Below are positions 42,783 through 52,595 of a stretch of DNA of 64,000 nt, piece after piece; position 1 is the first letter of the stretch; each line of letters begins with the position of its first letter. Origin of the DNA: Deltaproteobacteria bacterium. GTDB taxonomy: Bacteria > Myxococcota > Kuafuiibacteriia > Kuafuiibacteriales > Kuafuiibacteriaceae. A program made the position numbers and the translations under genes. The DNA lies in NCBI GenBank assembly GCA_040218735.1, contig JAVJQW010000050.1, positions 64,001-128,000 on the forward strand. The letters run 5' to 3'. The notes under the pieces were generated by a model. That model saw only the letters and a program-made list of their open reading frames with translations, had not been told where the DNA came from and did not search any database.

Positions 42783-43811
42783 TCACTTCCCTGCCTTGTC
42801 CTCGGACTTGGTGCGCGGCGCCTCGAACGAGGGCAGCGCCGGGCCCGGCTTCTTCGAGTCGTTCGACGCGGCCTCGGGGGCCTTCGCGGCCGCCGCCGCG
42901 TCGTGCACCTTCTCGGGCTCCGCCTTCGGCGCCTCGACGGGCTTGGCCTCGGCCTTCTCCGCGGGCTTCGCCGCCTCGACCTTCTCTGCGGGCTTCGCGG
43001 GCTCGGCCTTCGTATCCGCCTTCGCGGCCACGGGCTTGTCGGCGGGCTTCACCCCCTCGGCGTTCGCGGCGGCCTTCGCCGGGTCGGCCTTCGCCGGATC
43101 GGCCTTCGCCGGGTCGGCCTTCGCGGGCTCGGCCTTCGTGTCCGGCTTCGCAGCCTGGGCCTTCGCGGGGTCGGCCTTCGCATCCGGCTTCGCAGCCTCC
43201 GCTTTCGCGGCCTCCTCCTTCGCGGGCGCCCCCTGCGGATGCACGACCGGCAGCGCGGGGTTGTGCCCGGGCACCGGTCCGGTGTGAGGCCCGCTCTTTT
43301 GGCACAGGTACGCCTTGCCGCCGAGCGACGGTGCGAGGGCCTTGAGCTTGCCGAGGAGCGTGTCGATCGAGGCTTCGTCGAGGTGCTCGTAGTAGTCCAT
43401 CCCGACCTTCATCATCGGGCCCGAGCCGCAGCTCGCGAGGCACTCCACCTCCATGAGGCTGAACATGCCGTCCTCGGTCTGGTGGCCGATCTCGATCCCG
43501 AGCCGCTCGACGAGGTGTTTCATCAGCAGGTCCGCGCCGGCGAGGTGACACGCGATGTTCGTGCACAGCTCGATGTGGAACTGCCCCTCCGGATGCTCGT
43601 GGAACATCTCGTAGAAGGTCACGACCTCGCGGACGCGCGTCGGCGCGACATCGAGCGTGTGGGCGACGAGGAGCTGCGCCTCGGGGGGCAGCGCGCCGTA
43701 CTTCTCCTGCGTCAGGTGCAGGACGGGCAGCAGGGCCGCCGCCTTGTTGGGATAACGCGCGACGATCCCATCGATCGTCGCCCGCTCCTCGGCGGTGAAT
43801 TCGAGGGCCAT
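42783..43811 (-). CDS. nuoE: NADH-quinone oxidoreductase subunit E with long Ala/Lys/Pro-rich C-terminal extension
   Basis: EVVTFYEMF, CTNIAC, ECLASC 2Fe-2S ligands; then AKADP repeats. Confidence 0.93.
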   Translation of the reverse strand: MALEFTAEERATIDGIVARYPNKAAALLPVLHLTQEKYGALPPEAQLLVAHTLDVAPTRVREVVTFYEMFHEHPEGQFHIELCTNIACHLAGADLLMKHLVERLGIEIGHQTEDGMFSLMEVECLASCGSGPMMKVGMDYYEHLDEASIDTLLGKLKALAPSLGGKAYLCQKSGPHTGPVPGHNPALPVVHPQGAPAKEEAAKAEAAKPDAKADPAKAQAAKPDTKAEPAKADPAKADPAKADPAKAAANAEGVKPADKPVAAKADTKAEPAKPAEKVEAAKPAEKAEAKPVEAPKAEPEKVHDAAAAAKAPEAASNDSKKPGPALPSFEAPRTKSEDKAGK

Positions 43812-43835
43812 CCGGTGCCCCTCCTAGCACAAGGC

Positions 43836-44543
43836 TCACCCGGCAACGAGGCCCAAGATCCGGTGCGGGCCGAGCTCGGCCACCACCGCCGCGAAGGCCC
43901 CCGAGACCCCCAGGACGACCAGCACCGCGGCCAGCACCCGTCCCCGCACCGTGGCCTGCGTCCGACGGGTCGCGGCGGCCGCCGCGTGGACGAGCGCGAG
44001 GGTCGCCAAGCCCGGGAGGAGCAGGAGCGTGGCGAGGATCGCCGATCCGGTCTTCACGATCGCCGCAGCGACGACGAGGGCCCCGAGCACGACGAGCGGC
44101 TCCAGGCTCAGCCGGAGCAGCTCGCGGGACCCGCCCAGGCACAGCACGGCGAGGCACATCGCGAACAAGATCAACGCGATCCGCACGATGAAGCGCTTGG
44201 TGGTGGCCTCCGAGAGCCACTGGGCCTGGCGACGCGCGTGGACGCCCCACCCGGGGTGTTTCTCGAGCTCGGCGGCCCGGGCCTCCCCGAGGATTTCGTG
44301 GCCGAGGGCCACGTGGGCGTCCAGCTCCAGGCGGATCCGGCGGGGATCCGTCCGCGGGACGTCGGCGCTGAGCAGGACGTCGAGCGCGCCCGACGGATCC
44401 TTCGCGAACAGGAGGGTCTCCGCGCGGGTCATCGGGTCCACGGACTCGGCGGCGCGGGCCCAGTCCTGGGCGGCGTCGGGCTCCGTCAGGACCGGCGGCA
44501 CCGGGGCGGCGGTGGCGACGAGGAGCAGGAGGGCGGCCGTCAC
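43836..44543 (-). CDS. Hypothetical membrane protein
   Basis: Signal-like N-terminus, soluble helical region, four C-terminal TM segments; start refined to GTG 44543. Confidence 0.65.
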   Translation of the reverse strand: MTAALLLLVATAAPVPPVLTEPDAAQDWARAAESVDPMTRAETLLFAKDPSGALDVLLSADVPRTDPRRIRLELDAHVALGHEILGEARAAELEKHPGWGVHARRQAQWLSEATTKRFIVRIALILFAMCLAVLCLGGSRELLRLSLEPLVVLGALVVAAAIVKTGSAILATLLLLPGLATLALVHAAAAATRRTQATVRGRVLAAVLVVLGVSGAFAAVVAELGPHRILGLVAG

Positions 44544-44626
44544 GGCTCGAAACGGTACCCCCTCGGCCCGAGCGACGCGAGGGGGCCTCGCCTGCGCTCG
44601 CCGCATTTGGTATTTCAAGAGGAGGC

Positions 44627-45445
44627 GTGGCGGTCAAACAGAAGGACAAGGGGCTGTTCGGCGGCAAGAGTCGCTACGGTGCCGAGGATGAGCCCGCCAA
44701 GCCGAGCGCGGACGCGATCATCTCCGCGGAGATCGACAACCTCGAGAAGGATCTCAACGAGCTGCGCTCGCAGTACGAGCTGTACTTCATGGGCGTCGAA
44801 AAGCTCGAGCCCACGCAGCAGCGCGATCACCTGAAGTCCACGCTGCGGCGTTGGCAGGAAATGCGCCCCAAGAACACCGCGCTGAAGTTCCGCATCCAGC
44901 AGCTCAAGGCGCGGATGGTGTCGCTCGAGAACTACTGGAGCCGCATCACCCGTCAGCGCGAGGCCGGCACCTACCACCGCGACAAGGCGCGTGTGTCGCG
45001 CCGCGAGCAGGACCGGATGGCGCGCGAGCACGCGATGAAGCGGGCCTTGGAGGCCGAGCGCGGATCGGGCGCGATGACCGCGGATCACCGCCGTCCGCCG
45101 GGGAGCGAGGGGCAGGCGATCACCGGACAGGCGCTGCGCGACGGCAAGTCGGGCGCGTCGACGGCGGGGCACGGGCGGACGCCCGCCGCGGCGAGCGCGT
45201 CGATGTCACGACCGCGGGCCAGCTCGGCGGAGGATCTCACCGAGCCGAAGCTGCGCAAGCTCTACCAGACCTACGTCGGCGCGCGGAAACGGTGCGGCGA
45301 GAAGGTGGATCTGCGCTTCGAGGACATGGCGGCGGCGCTGCGCAAGCAGGTGCCGAAGCTGATGAAGGACACGGGCGCCAAATCCGTGGAGTTCAAGGTC
45401 GTCATCCGCGGCGGCCGAGCGGTGCTCAAAGCCCTACCCAAGTGA
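44627..45445 (+). CDS. MXAN_5187 C-terminal-domain-like protein
   Basis: LRSQYELYFMGVEKLEP...; LRKLYQTYVGARKRCGE...VEFKVVIRGGRAVLKA; GAGGAGG RBS. Confidence 0.75.
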   Translation: MAVKQKDKGLFGGKSRYGAEDEPAKPSADAIISAEIDNLEKDLNELRSQYELYFMGVEKLEPTQQRDHLKSTLRRWQEMRPKNTALKFRIQQLKARMVSLENYWSRITRQREAGTYHRDKARVSRREQDRMAREHAMKRALEAERGSGAMTADHRRPPGSEGQAITGQALRDGKSGASTAGHGRTPAAASASMSRPRASSAEDLTEPKLRKLYQTYVGARKRCGEKVDLRFEDMAAALRKQVPKLMKDTGAKSVEFKVVIRGGRAVLKALPK

Positions 45446-45525
45446 CGCCGTGCGCGGCCGGCGGCCGGCCCGCGGCACTCCCTGCTTGACCCTGTGCTCC
45501 AGCGCGGTCATGTGTACCCCCGAAA

Positions 45526-46059
45526 ATGGCCTACACGATCGTCGAGGACTGCACCGGCTGTACCGCCTGCGTGAAGCGCTGCCCGACGGACGCGATCAAG
45601 GGGGTCCGTAAGGGCCTGCACGACATCGATCCGGACCTTTGCATCGACTGCGGCGCCTGCGCCCCGGTCTGCGCGGACAACGCCATCTTCAACAACTACG
45701 GCGACCGGATCGAGTTCAAGAAGAAGAAGAGCTGGCCGTTCGCGTTCGTGGACGAGATCAACTGCGTCGGCTGTGAAAAGTGCGTCGACGAGTGTCCGTT
45801 CGACGCCCTTCGGATCGTCGAGCACCCGGTCGACGCCTCCTTCCACGGCATCTGCATCGTCGAGGAGAAGCGCTGCACCGGCTGCCGCATCTGCGAGTGG
45901 GCCTGCCCGTACGACGCCATCTTCATCTACCCGAAGGACGACTCCCCGCAGTGGCTCCAGGAGGCGGTGCTCCCGCGCCCCGACGGCCGCAAGGAAGAGG
46001 TCGACTGGCGTCACTGGTCGTCGACCCAGCCGGTCGGCAACGTCATCAACGACGAGTGA
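45526..46059 (+). CDS. Polyferredoxin with four 4Fe-4S motifs
   Basis: CTGCTACVKRCP, CIDCGACAPVC, CVGCEKCVDECP, CTGCRICEWACP. Confidence 0.9.
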   Translation: MAYTIVEDCTGCTACVKRCPTDAIKGVRKGLHDIDPDLCIDCGACAPVCADNAIFNNYGDRIEFKKKKSWPFAFVDEINCVGCEKCVDECPFDALRIVEHPVDASFHGICIVEEKRCTGCRICEWACPYDAIFIYPKDDSPQWLQEAVLPRPDGRKEEVDWRHWSSTQPVGNVINDE

Positions 46060-46364
46060 CCACCCTCGCGCTCACGGGCGACGTCGACCGCGACATCGCC
46101 GCGCTCTTCATCGAACAGCTCGCCGGCCTCACCACGGCCGACGCCCCCCTCACCCTCGACATGGCGGAAGCCGACATCGAGGACGCCCAAGTGTGCGCCC
46201 GCCTCATCGAAGCGATCCGTCACGCGGCGCTCAAGGTGAAGAGCGTGCAGCTGATCGAGCCCCCGCAGGTCCTGGCGCACGGCCTCTACCGCGTCGGCGC
46301 GCTGGCCCCCGGCACGGCGATCCACGTCGTGGACCCGCGCACCGAGATCCCGACCTCGAGCTGA
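46056..46364 (+). CDS. Small STAS-like domain protein
   Basis: LALTGDVD...LTLDMAEADIED...; GTG overlaps the ferredoxin stop. Confidence 0.6.
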   Translation: MTTLALTGDVDRDIAALFIEQLAGLTTADAPLTLDMAEADIEDAQVCARLIEAIRHAALKVKSVQLIEPPQVLAHGLYRVGALAPGTAIHVVDPRTEIPTSS

Positions 46365-46373
46365 CCGCGAGCG

Positions 46374-47642
46374 TCAGTCCTTCGTGAAGAGGCGCTTCCA
46401 CCACGGCTTCTTCGGCGCGGCCTCGGGCGTCGCTTCCTCGTCCGTCTTCAGGCGCGCGAAGCCGACGATGCCGTCCGTCGCGTTGGCGACGAAGACGAGC
46501 GGCGTCAGCTGATAGCTCGGCTCCTGCTCCGCGTAGGCGTTCTCGGCGAGCGCGACCATCGTGCCGATGTGCTGCGGGTCGCAGGCCGCGATCAGCGCGA
46601 GCTGCGAGCCCGGGATCGCGACGAAGAGCATCTCGCCGTCGAGGGTCTCCGTCATCGCGCGCAGGAACGAAGGGTCGAGGAGCTTCGACGTCGCGAAGAA
46701 GTGCCCCGTGAGGGCGAGGACCGTGAAGCCGTCGACCTCGAGGCGCTCCGTCTCGACGTGGATCTGCGCGAGGCCCGCGACGGCGTGCTCGAGGAGTGTG
46801 TCGAAGCCCTCGCGATCGAGGTCCAGGATGTACGCGATCGAGCTGGGCATGTCGCGCGCGAGGTAGATCCACGGCATCGCCTCGACGTCGGGCACGTCGA
46901 GGAGCGGTCGGCGCGCTTCGTCGTGCTCGACGTCCGTGCGCAGCGGGAGCCGCAGGACGGGGACGATGGGGCCGTCCGCCTCCTCCTTGAAGTTGGCGAC
47001 GATGCGCGACGGGCCCTCGTTCGGCGACTCGTGGAAGAAGCGCTCCGCGCGACCGAAGAGGTTCGCGGACGCACCTTCGACGTCGACCGTGAACGGGAAG
47101 CCCGCGAGGAACGTCTCGTCGCGGACCCAGCGCCCGCCGGACTCGCGATGCATCAACGCCGCGCCGGCCGCCGCGCCGAGCTGGAGGATCAACGTGTAGC
47201 GCTCCTCGGGGTACAGGTCGTCGAAACCTTCGAAGCGCGGAGCGAGCGCGGCCTCCAGCGCGTGCAGCCCATCGACCGTCGCTTCGAGCCCGTGCTCCGC
47301 GAAGACCTCCGCGGCGACGTTCGCGAGCGCGCCGTGCAGCGCCTCTTCGGCCACGGCCTGGTCGACCGTCTGCAGGCGTTCGAGCGGCTCCATCGCCGCG
47401 TGGACCTCGGCGCCGGCCGCCTCGACGACGCGCCGAAACGTCTCGGGGGGCTCCTGCACGAAGTCCATCCGGACGGCCTCGACGACCCCGTGCGACAGCG
47501 GCCCCCAGATGCGCGCGAGCGCCAACGCCACCGAACGATCGAAGTCGATCTCGTCGGGCCCGCGGTGGTCCGTCTGCACCCCCACGTTGCTCCCGTCGTC
47601 CTCCGCGACGACGATGTCGACCTTGTCGATGTCGCAGAACAT
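46374..47642 (-). CDS. Hypothetical protein (DUF1444-like C-terminal half, KKPWWKRLF tail)
   Basis: 422 aa, coupled to the upstream stop (TAGATG); HFFATSKLLDP...LFVAIP. Confidence 0.7.
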   Translation of the reverse strand: MFCDIDKVDIVVAEDDGSNVGVQTDHRGPDEIDFDRSVALALARIWGPLSHGVVEAVRMDFVQEPPETFRRVVEAAGAEVHAAMEPLERLQTVDQAVAEEALHGALANVAAEVFAEHGLEATVDGLHALEAALAPRFEGFDDLYPEERYTLILQLGAAAGAALMHRESGGRWVRDETFLAGFPFTVDVEGASANLFGRAERFFHESPNEGPSRIVANFKEEADGPIVPVLRLPLRTDVEHDEARRPLLDVPDVEAMPWIYLARDMPSSIAYILDLDREGFDTLLEHAVAGLAQIHVETERLEVDGFTVLALTGHFFATSKLLDPSFLRAMTETLDGEMLFVAIPGSQLALIAACDPQHIGTMVALAENAYAEQEPSYQLTPLVFVANATDGIVGFARLKTDEEATPEAAPKKPWWKRLFTKD

Positions 47643-49499
47643 CTAGAACTGAATGTCGATCGCCTTCTCCTGCGGTCCGAACACCCACTCCACCGGCGCC
47701 AACGTCAGGTCCGGGACGTACGTAATCAAGAGCACGGCGAGGATGAGGATCAGCAGGAACGGGATCGCGTAGCGGTACACCTTCGTGAGCGGCTCTTCGA
47801 ACCGGTACGAAGACAGGAACAGGTTCATGCCGACCGGCGGCGTGAGGAAGCCGAGCTCGAGGTTCGCGAGGAAGATGATGCCGAGGTGAATCGGGTCGAT
47901 GCCGAAGTGGCGACCGATCGGGAGGATGAGCGGCACCACCACGACGATCGCGCTGAAGATGTCCATCAAACACCCGACCACGAGCAGGAACAGGTTCAGG
48001 ACGATCAGGAACACGATCTTCGACTCGATGCCGCCCTGCACCCACTCCAGCGCGAGCTCGGGGACACCGCCGTCGACGAGGTACGAAGTGAACCCCATCG
48101 CGACACCCAAGATGATCAACACGCCGCCGACGAGGCTCGCGCAGTCGCGCCCGACGCGAACGAGGTCCTCCTTGATCGACAGGTCCTTGTAGATCACGAC
48201 CTCGACGAACAGCGCGTACGCCGCGGTGAGCGCCGCGGCCTCCACGATCGTGGTGAGCCCGAGGAAGATGCCGCCGATGACGATCAGCGGGAGCACCAGC
48301 TCCCACGCCGCACCGCGCACCGCGGCGAACGCTTCCTTCGCGTCGAACGGGACGCGCTTCACCTCGGACTTCATCCCGGTGCGCACGCCGAGCAACGACA
48401 GCGCACCGACGAGCACGAAGCCCGGCAGGATGCCGGCGACGAACATCTTGTCGACGGGCACGTGCGCCGTGACCGCGTAGAGGATCACGGGCAGCGACGG
48501 CGGGAACAGCAGACCGATGCTCCCGGACGCCGTGAGCATCCCGACCGAGAAGCCCTTCGGGTACATCTCCTGCCGCAGGACCGGATAGAGCAGCCCGCCG
48601 AGCGCGAGGATCGTGACGCCGGAGGCGCCGGTGAACGTGGTGAAGAACGCACACACCACCGCGGTCATCACGGCGGTGCCGCCCGGCATCCACCCGAACA
48701 GCGCGCGGAACGCTCGCACCAGGCGGGTCGACGCGTTCGCCTCCGCCAGGATGTACCCGGTGAAGGTGAACAGCGGAATGCTCGGCATGATCGGCGACTT
48801 GATCTGCCGCACCGTCTCCGCCGCGACCGCCGCCACCGGGACGTCGTCGGCCCAGAAGAACAACACCGCCGCGGCACCCAGCGCGACGTAGATCGGTGCG
48901 CCGAGCCCCGTCGCGATCAACACGATCACGACGCCCGGCCACAGCACCCCCTCGGCGGTCTCGTAGCCGGCGCCCTTCGCGTACCAGAGCACGCCGCCGA
49001 CCACCGCGACCAACACCCCGCGCGCGATCCAGGACTTGTACTTCGCGAGGATCAGCCGCAGCGCGATCACCGCGTAGCCGACCGGCATCACCACCTGGCC
49101 GACCCACACCGGGATGCCCGGCGGGATGACTTGCGTCGACGCCATCTCGGCCTCGACGGAACCCCACGCACCCCACGCGAGCGCGCCCGTGACGATCGCC
49201 GCGATGGTCACACTCACCGCGCGCGCGACTTGTTCGGCGCGCCCCTTCAACAGCGCGCTACCGGTGGAGAGCGCGAGGTGTTTGTCGTCGCGCGTCGCGA
49301 GCATCGCGCCCGTGAAGCCGATCCACATCGTCAGCATCGAGACGTACTGGATCGACCCCGGCACGCTCACGCCGAAGATGCGCGCGACGATCTCGATCAG
49401 CGGCAACACCGCCATGACGACGAGGATGACGACGTTGAGCGCGTCCTCGGCGAAGTGCAGCTTGGCGAGCCAGCCCGCCGCTGATCGGTCTTCGGTCAC
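47643..49499 (-). CDS. TRAP transporter fused small/large permease (DctQ-DctM)
   Basis: N-terminal DctQ-like TMs; SIPLFTFTGYIL, GLLFPPS, ELGFLTPPVGMNLF. Confidence 0.93.
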   Translation of the reverse strand: MTEDRSAAGWLAKLHFAEDALNVVILVVMAVLPLIEIVARIFGVSVPGSIQYVSMLTMWIGFTGAMLATRDDKHLALSTGSALLKGRAEQVARAVSVTIAAIVTGALAWGAWGSVEAEMASTQVIPPGIPVWVGQVVMPVGYAVIALRLILAKYKSWIARGVLVAVVGGVLWYAKGAGYETAEGVLWPGVVIVLIATGLGAPIYVALGAAAVLFFWADDVPVAAVAAETVRQIKSPIMPSIPLFTFTGYILAEANASTRLVRAFRALFGWMPGGTAVMTAVVCAFFTTFTGASGVTILALGGLLYPVLRQEMYPKGFSVGMLTASGSIGLLFPPSLPVILYAVTAHVPVDKMFVAGILPGFVLVGALSLLGVRTGMKSEVKRVPFDAKEAFAAVRGAAWELVLPLIVIGGIFLGLTTIVEAAALTAAYALFVEVVIYKDLSIKEDLVRVGRDCASLVGGVLIILGVAMGFTSYLVDGGVPELALEWVQGGIESKIVFLIVLNLFLLVVGCLMDIFSAIVVVVPLILPIGRHFGIDPIHLGIIFLANLELGFLTPPVGMNLFLSSYRFEEPLTKVYRYAIPFLLILILAVLLITYVPDLTLAPVEWVFGPQEKAIDIQF

Positions 49500-50527
49500 T
49501 TCTTGGACTTGCGGTACGCCTCGACGAGGCGCTTCACCTCGTCGAAGAGCTCGGCGGAGACCACCTTACCGCGGAGCGCGGGGTACGCCTTCTCGGCGGC
49601 CTGCTGCCACTCGGTCTGCGTCTTCGCGTCGACCTGGTGCACCGTGAGGCCGCGCTTGGCCATCTCGTCGATCGCGCGCTGTCCGAGGGAGCGGACCTCC
49701 GTCTTCACGGCCTCGCCCTCTTCTTCCGCGATCTTCTTCAGCTGCGGCCGAAGCTCGGCGGGGATCTTCTCCCACGTGGCGCGCGAGATGATCGTCGCGC
49801 CGTTCAGCGGGGCCCACTTGATCGCGACCATGTGCTTCGCGAGGCCGAACCACTGCGACGTCAGCGCGTACACCGGCGCCGTCGAGAAGCTCTCCACCAT
49901 CCCGGTCTGAAGGCCGGAGAGGACGTCGGTCGCCGACATCGGCACGACGTTGAAGTTCGACATGCGCCACGCCGCCTCGGCCTCCGGATCCCCGGCCCAC
50001 ACGAACAGCTTCGTCTTGCGGACGTCGTCCGGCGACACCGCCTTCTCCTTGGAGAAGAAGTGCACCCACCCGGCGTCGCCCCACTGCAGCACGACGACGC
50101 CGTTCTTCGGGTCGTCGTTGCCGGCGTCGAAGAGCGCCTTCTCGATGCGCGGCGCGATGCGCTCGCGCACGTAGTCGAGCTCCTCGTACGAGGAGAACAT
50201 CATCGGGATCTGCAGCGCGACGCTGTCGCGGGTGATGCGCGACAGGCCGATGTTCGTGACGGTCGCCGCGTGGAGCTGGCCGATCCGCATCTTGCGGATC
50301 ATGTCGCCCTCGTCGCCCGCGACACCGCCGGGATAGATGCGCAGCGTGACCTTGCCGCCGGAGGTCTTCTTCCAGCGTTCGCCGACCTTCTGCATGCCGT
50401 TGAACCAGGGCGATCCCTTGGGCGCGAGCGTGCCGTGTTTGACCTTAACGGGCCGCGCCTCGGCGGCGGTAGAGAGGCCCGCGACCAGCGCGAGGCCGAG
50501 CATCGAACGGAGAATAGGCGTCATCAT
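49496..50527 (-). CDS. dctP: TRAP transporter substrate-binding protein DctP (TatP-type)
   Basis: Signal peptide; GTLAPKGSPW, IYPGGVAGDEGDMIRKMRIGQL, LQTGMVE. Confidence 0.92.
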   Translation of the reverse strand: MMTPILRSMLGLALVAGLSTAAEARPVKVKHGTLAPKGSPWFNGMQKVGERWKKTSGGKVTLRIYPGGVAGDEGDMIRKMRIGQLHAATVTNIGLSRITRDSVALQIPMMFSSYEELDYVRERIAPRIEKALFDAGNDDPKNGVVVLQWGDAGWVHFFSKEKAVSPDDVRKTKLFVWAGDPEAEAAWRMSNFNVVPMSATDVLSGLQTGMVESFSTAPVYALTSQWFGLAKHMVAIKWAPLNGATIISRATWEKIPAELRPQLKKIAEEEGEAVKTEVRSLGQRAIDEMAKRGLTVHQVDAKTQTEWQQAAEKAYPALRGKVVSAELFDEVKRLVEAYRKSKK

Positions 50528-51462
50528 GTGCTCTCGCTGCTTTCTACCGAGGCCGAGGAGGTCTCGGTTTCATCCGCTCCGACGTCGTCCAAGAAGAGGT
50601 CTTCCGACGACGCCTTCAGCCGCTTCGCGCGGCGCATGAAGATCGTGTTTTCGAGGCGCTTCTTCGGGTGGGCGTCGACGTCGATCGCCATCGCGGTGTT
50701 CAGCGCGCGGTGGAACGCGCGGGAGTCCTGCTCCTTCACACACACCGACTCGGCGAAGGAGACGTACAGGCCGACCGAGGTCCCCCCGGACAGCTCCAGC
50801 GCGCGGCGGTAGTGCGTCTTCGCCACCTCGAGATCCCCGCCGGGCCGCGCGGCTTCGAGGGACATCATCATCGAGTGCACCGCGCCGTCGCCGTAGGTGT
50901 CGTCGAGCTCGAGGAGCCGCCCGCCCATCGCCTGGACCGTCGGAAACTCCGCCAACGCGGCGGGATCGAACTTGGCGGCCGCGATGGACAGCGCCCACGA
51001 GGCGGTCGTCCAGTACAGGTGCCCGACGTCGTCGGGCCCGAGGCGAGCGAGCGCCGCCTGCGAATCGGCCGACACCTGCTTCGAGAACCCTTCGTGCTCC
51101 ACGTCCAACCCCCGCATCCCGTACCCACGCGCCCTGAGCAGGAGCTTGCGACCGCGCGCCCGAATGCGGTCGGACTGCTCGATGCTCTCTTCGGCCACTC
51201 GGTCGGCGTCTTGAAGTACGAACGCATAGGCGTACTGCGTGAATCCCGAAGCCAGCGCGAGCAAGAGGCCGCGGTGCTCGGGTTGTTCGACGAGCACACC
51301 CTCCATGGTCTTCAGACCAAACGGCACGGCGGCGGCGACGAGCTCGGGATCGTCGTCGGTGCCGTAGCCTCCGCCCGAGCTCGACAGGGCGTCGGCCAAG
51401 ATCCCCGACGCGGAGCAGCCGGCCAGCAGCAGCGCCGGCGAGAGCAGCGTCAGAGCCCGCAT
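50524..51462 (-). CDS. TRAP transporter TatT (T-component) lipoprotein
   Basis: Lipobox LAG-C; DDDPELVAAAVPFGLKTMEG, GFTQYAYAF, YVSFAESV. Confidence 0.85.
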   Translation of the reverse strand: MRALTLLSPALLLAGCSASGILADALSSSGGGYGTDDDPELVAAAVPFGLKTMEGVLVEQPEHRGLLLALASGFTQYAYAFVLQDADRVAEESIEQSDRIRARGRKLLLRARGYGMRGLDVEHEGFSKQVSADSQAALARLGPDDVGHLYWTTASWALSIAAAKFDPAALAEFPTVQAMGGRLLELDDTYGDGAVHSMMMSLEAARPGGDLEVAKTHYRRALELSGGTSVGLYVSFAESVCVKEQDSRAFHRALNTAMAIDVDAHPKKRLENTIFMRRAKRLKASSEDLFLDDVGADETETSSASVESSEST

Positions 51463-51547
51463 CGCCCGCGGTGGTCCCACGGGAGCAGATCCGAGGCAAG
51501 CCAGGACCGTGGGACGTTGTGCGCCGTCACGTACTTTTGACAGGGGG

Positions 51548-52090
51548 TCAGGGGGACTTCGGGACGGGGAGATCGTTGATGGTGATGGTCGGGTAGACCT
51601 TCCCCATCAAGGCCTGCACGTCGGGCCAGACCTTGGGATCCACGACGGTCACGACGAGGACGATGGTGTCGTTCTTCTCGATGAGGACCATCTCGCCGAC
51701 CTCGCGCCCGGTGATGACGAACCGCGTCGCGCGCTCGCCGCGGGAGGCGTCCACGCCGGGGAGCGTCATGTGTTGGGGCGGCGACGGCGCGGCCGACGGG
51801 TGCCGGCGCTTGAGCTCGCCGAGGTAGTCGTTCAGCTCCGAGGGGTGGAGCGCGGCGGCGACCAGGAGGCGCCCCTCACCGTTGGGCCCGACGAGCTCCA
51901 TGGAGCGACCGTTCGGGTGGCGATCGCCGGTCCACCCCGGCGGGATGCCGACACGCACCCGCCGGTTGATCGCCGCAAGGTCCTTACTCGCCCGGGTCAT
52001 CAGGGCGAGCTCACGCATGGTGAGCTTGACGGGTTTCGCGGCGGCCGCGACCGGCGCGAATACGAGGGCGGCGAGGAGCAACCAGCGCAC
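51548..52090 (-). CDS. Hypothetical exported protein
   Basis: Signal peptide MRWLLLAALVFAPVAAA; start refined to GTG 52090. Confidence 0.65.
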   Translation of the reverse strand: MRWLLLAALVFAPVAAAAKPVKLTMRELALMTRASKDLAAINRRVRVGIPPGWTGDRHPNGRSMELVGPNGEGRLLVAAALHPSELNDYLGELKRRHPSAAPSPPQHMTLPGVDASRGERATRFVITGREVGEMVLIEKNDTIVLVVTVVDPKVWPDVQALMGKVYPTITINDLPVPKSP

Positions 52091-52148
52091 GTCCCCGAGG
52101 GTATCAGATGCCTGGGTTTGGTCCCGAGATTGTTGTAAGACGCGAGCC

Positions 52149-52592
52149 GTGACGACGCTCAAGGACGCCATCCTCACCGACGACAAGCGCCCCCGCCTGG
52201 TGGACGACACCGCCCGCCTCGTGGACGACGAGGTGAGGGCCAAGGGCGGCATCTCCGGTATGGCCATCAAGGCCGGCTACAAGACCATCAACGCGATCAA
52301 GCCGACACTGGTGCGCGACGCCGTCGACAACCTCCTCGACCGCTTCGTCGAAAAGCTCGAGCCCTTCTACGCGAAGTGGAACGACGACGGCCGCAGCGGC
52401 ACCTTCGGCAACTATCTGTCGGGCCGCTCCCGCGAGGTCGCCAACGCCCTCCTCGCCGTCACGGACGACCGCGCGAAGAACGTCGACAACCGGACGATCA
52501 AGAAGACGTACGAGAAGCTCCGCCCGCAGGGTGAGAAGAACGTCGAAGCCGCGGTCCCGGGCCTCGGGCGCACGCTGGACCGGCACCTCTAG
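52149..52592 (+). CDS. DUF6918-like protein
   Basis: EVRAKGGISGMAIKAGY...VANALLAVTDDRA...YEKLRP...VEAAVPGLG. Confidence 0.7.
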   Translation: MTTLKDAILTDDKRPRLVDDTARLVDDEVRAKGGISGMAIKAGYKTINAIKPTLVRDAVDNLLDRFVEKLEPFYAKWNDDGRSGTFGNYLSGRSREVANALLAVTDDRAKNVDNRTIKKTYEKLRPQGEKNVEAAVPGLGRTLDRHL

Positions 52593-52595
52593 CCC

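Noticed and set aside
41455-44667. Apparent 1070-aa NuoF fusion in the ORF track
   Set aside because: The upstream 629 codons are an off-frame read of nuoE and its neighbour; NuoF starts at 42780 with its own RBS.
46231-49484. 981-aa and 971-aa ORFs over the TRAP locus
   Set aside because: Alternative-frame and antisense artefacts of dctQM and the downstream gene.
47643-51462. TatT-DctP-DctQM as a novel system
   Set aside because: Matches the described TPAT class of TRAP transporters.
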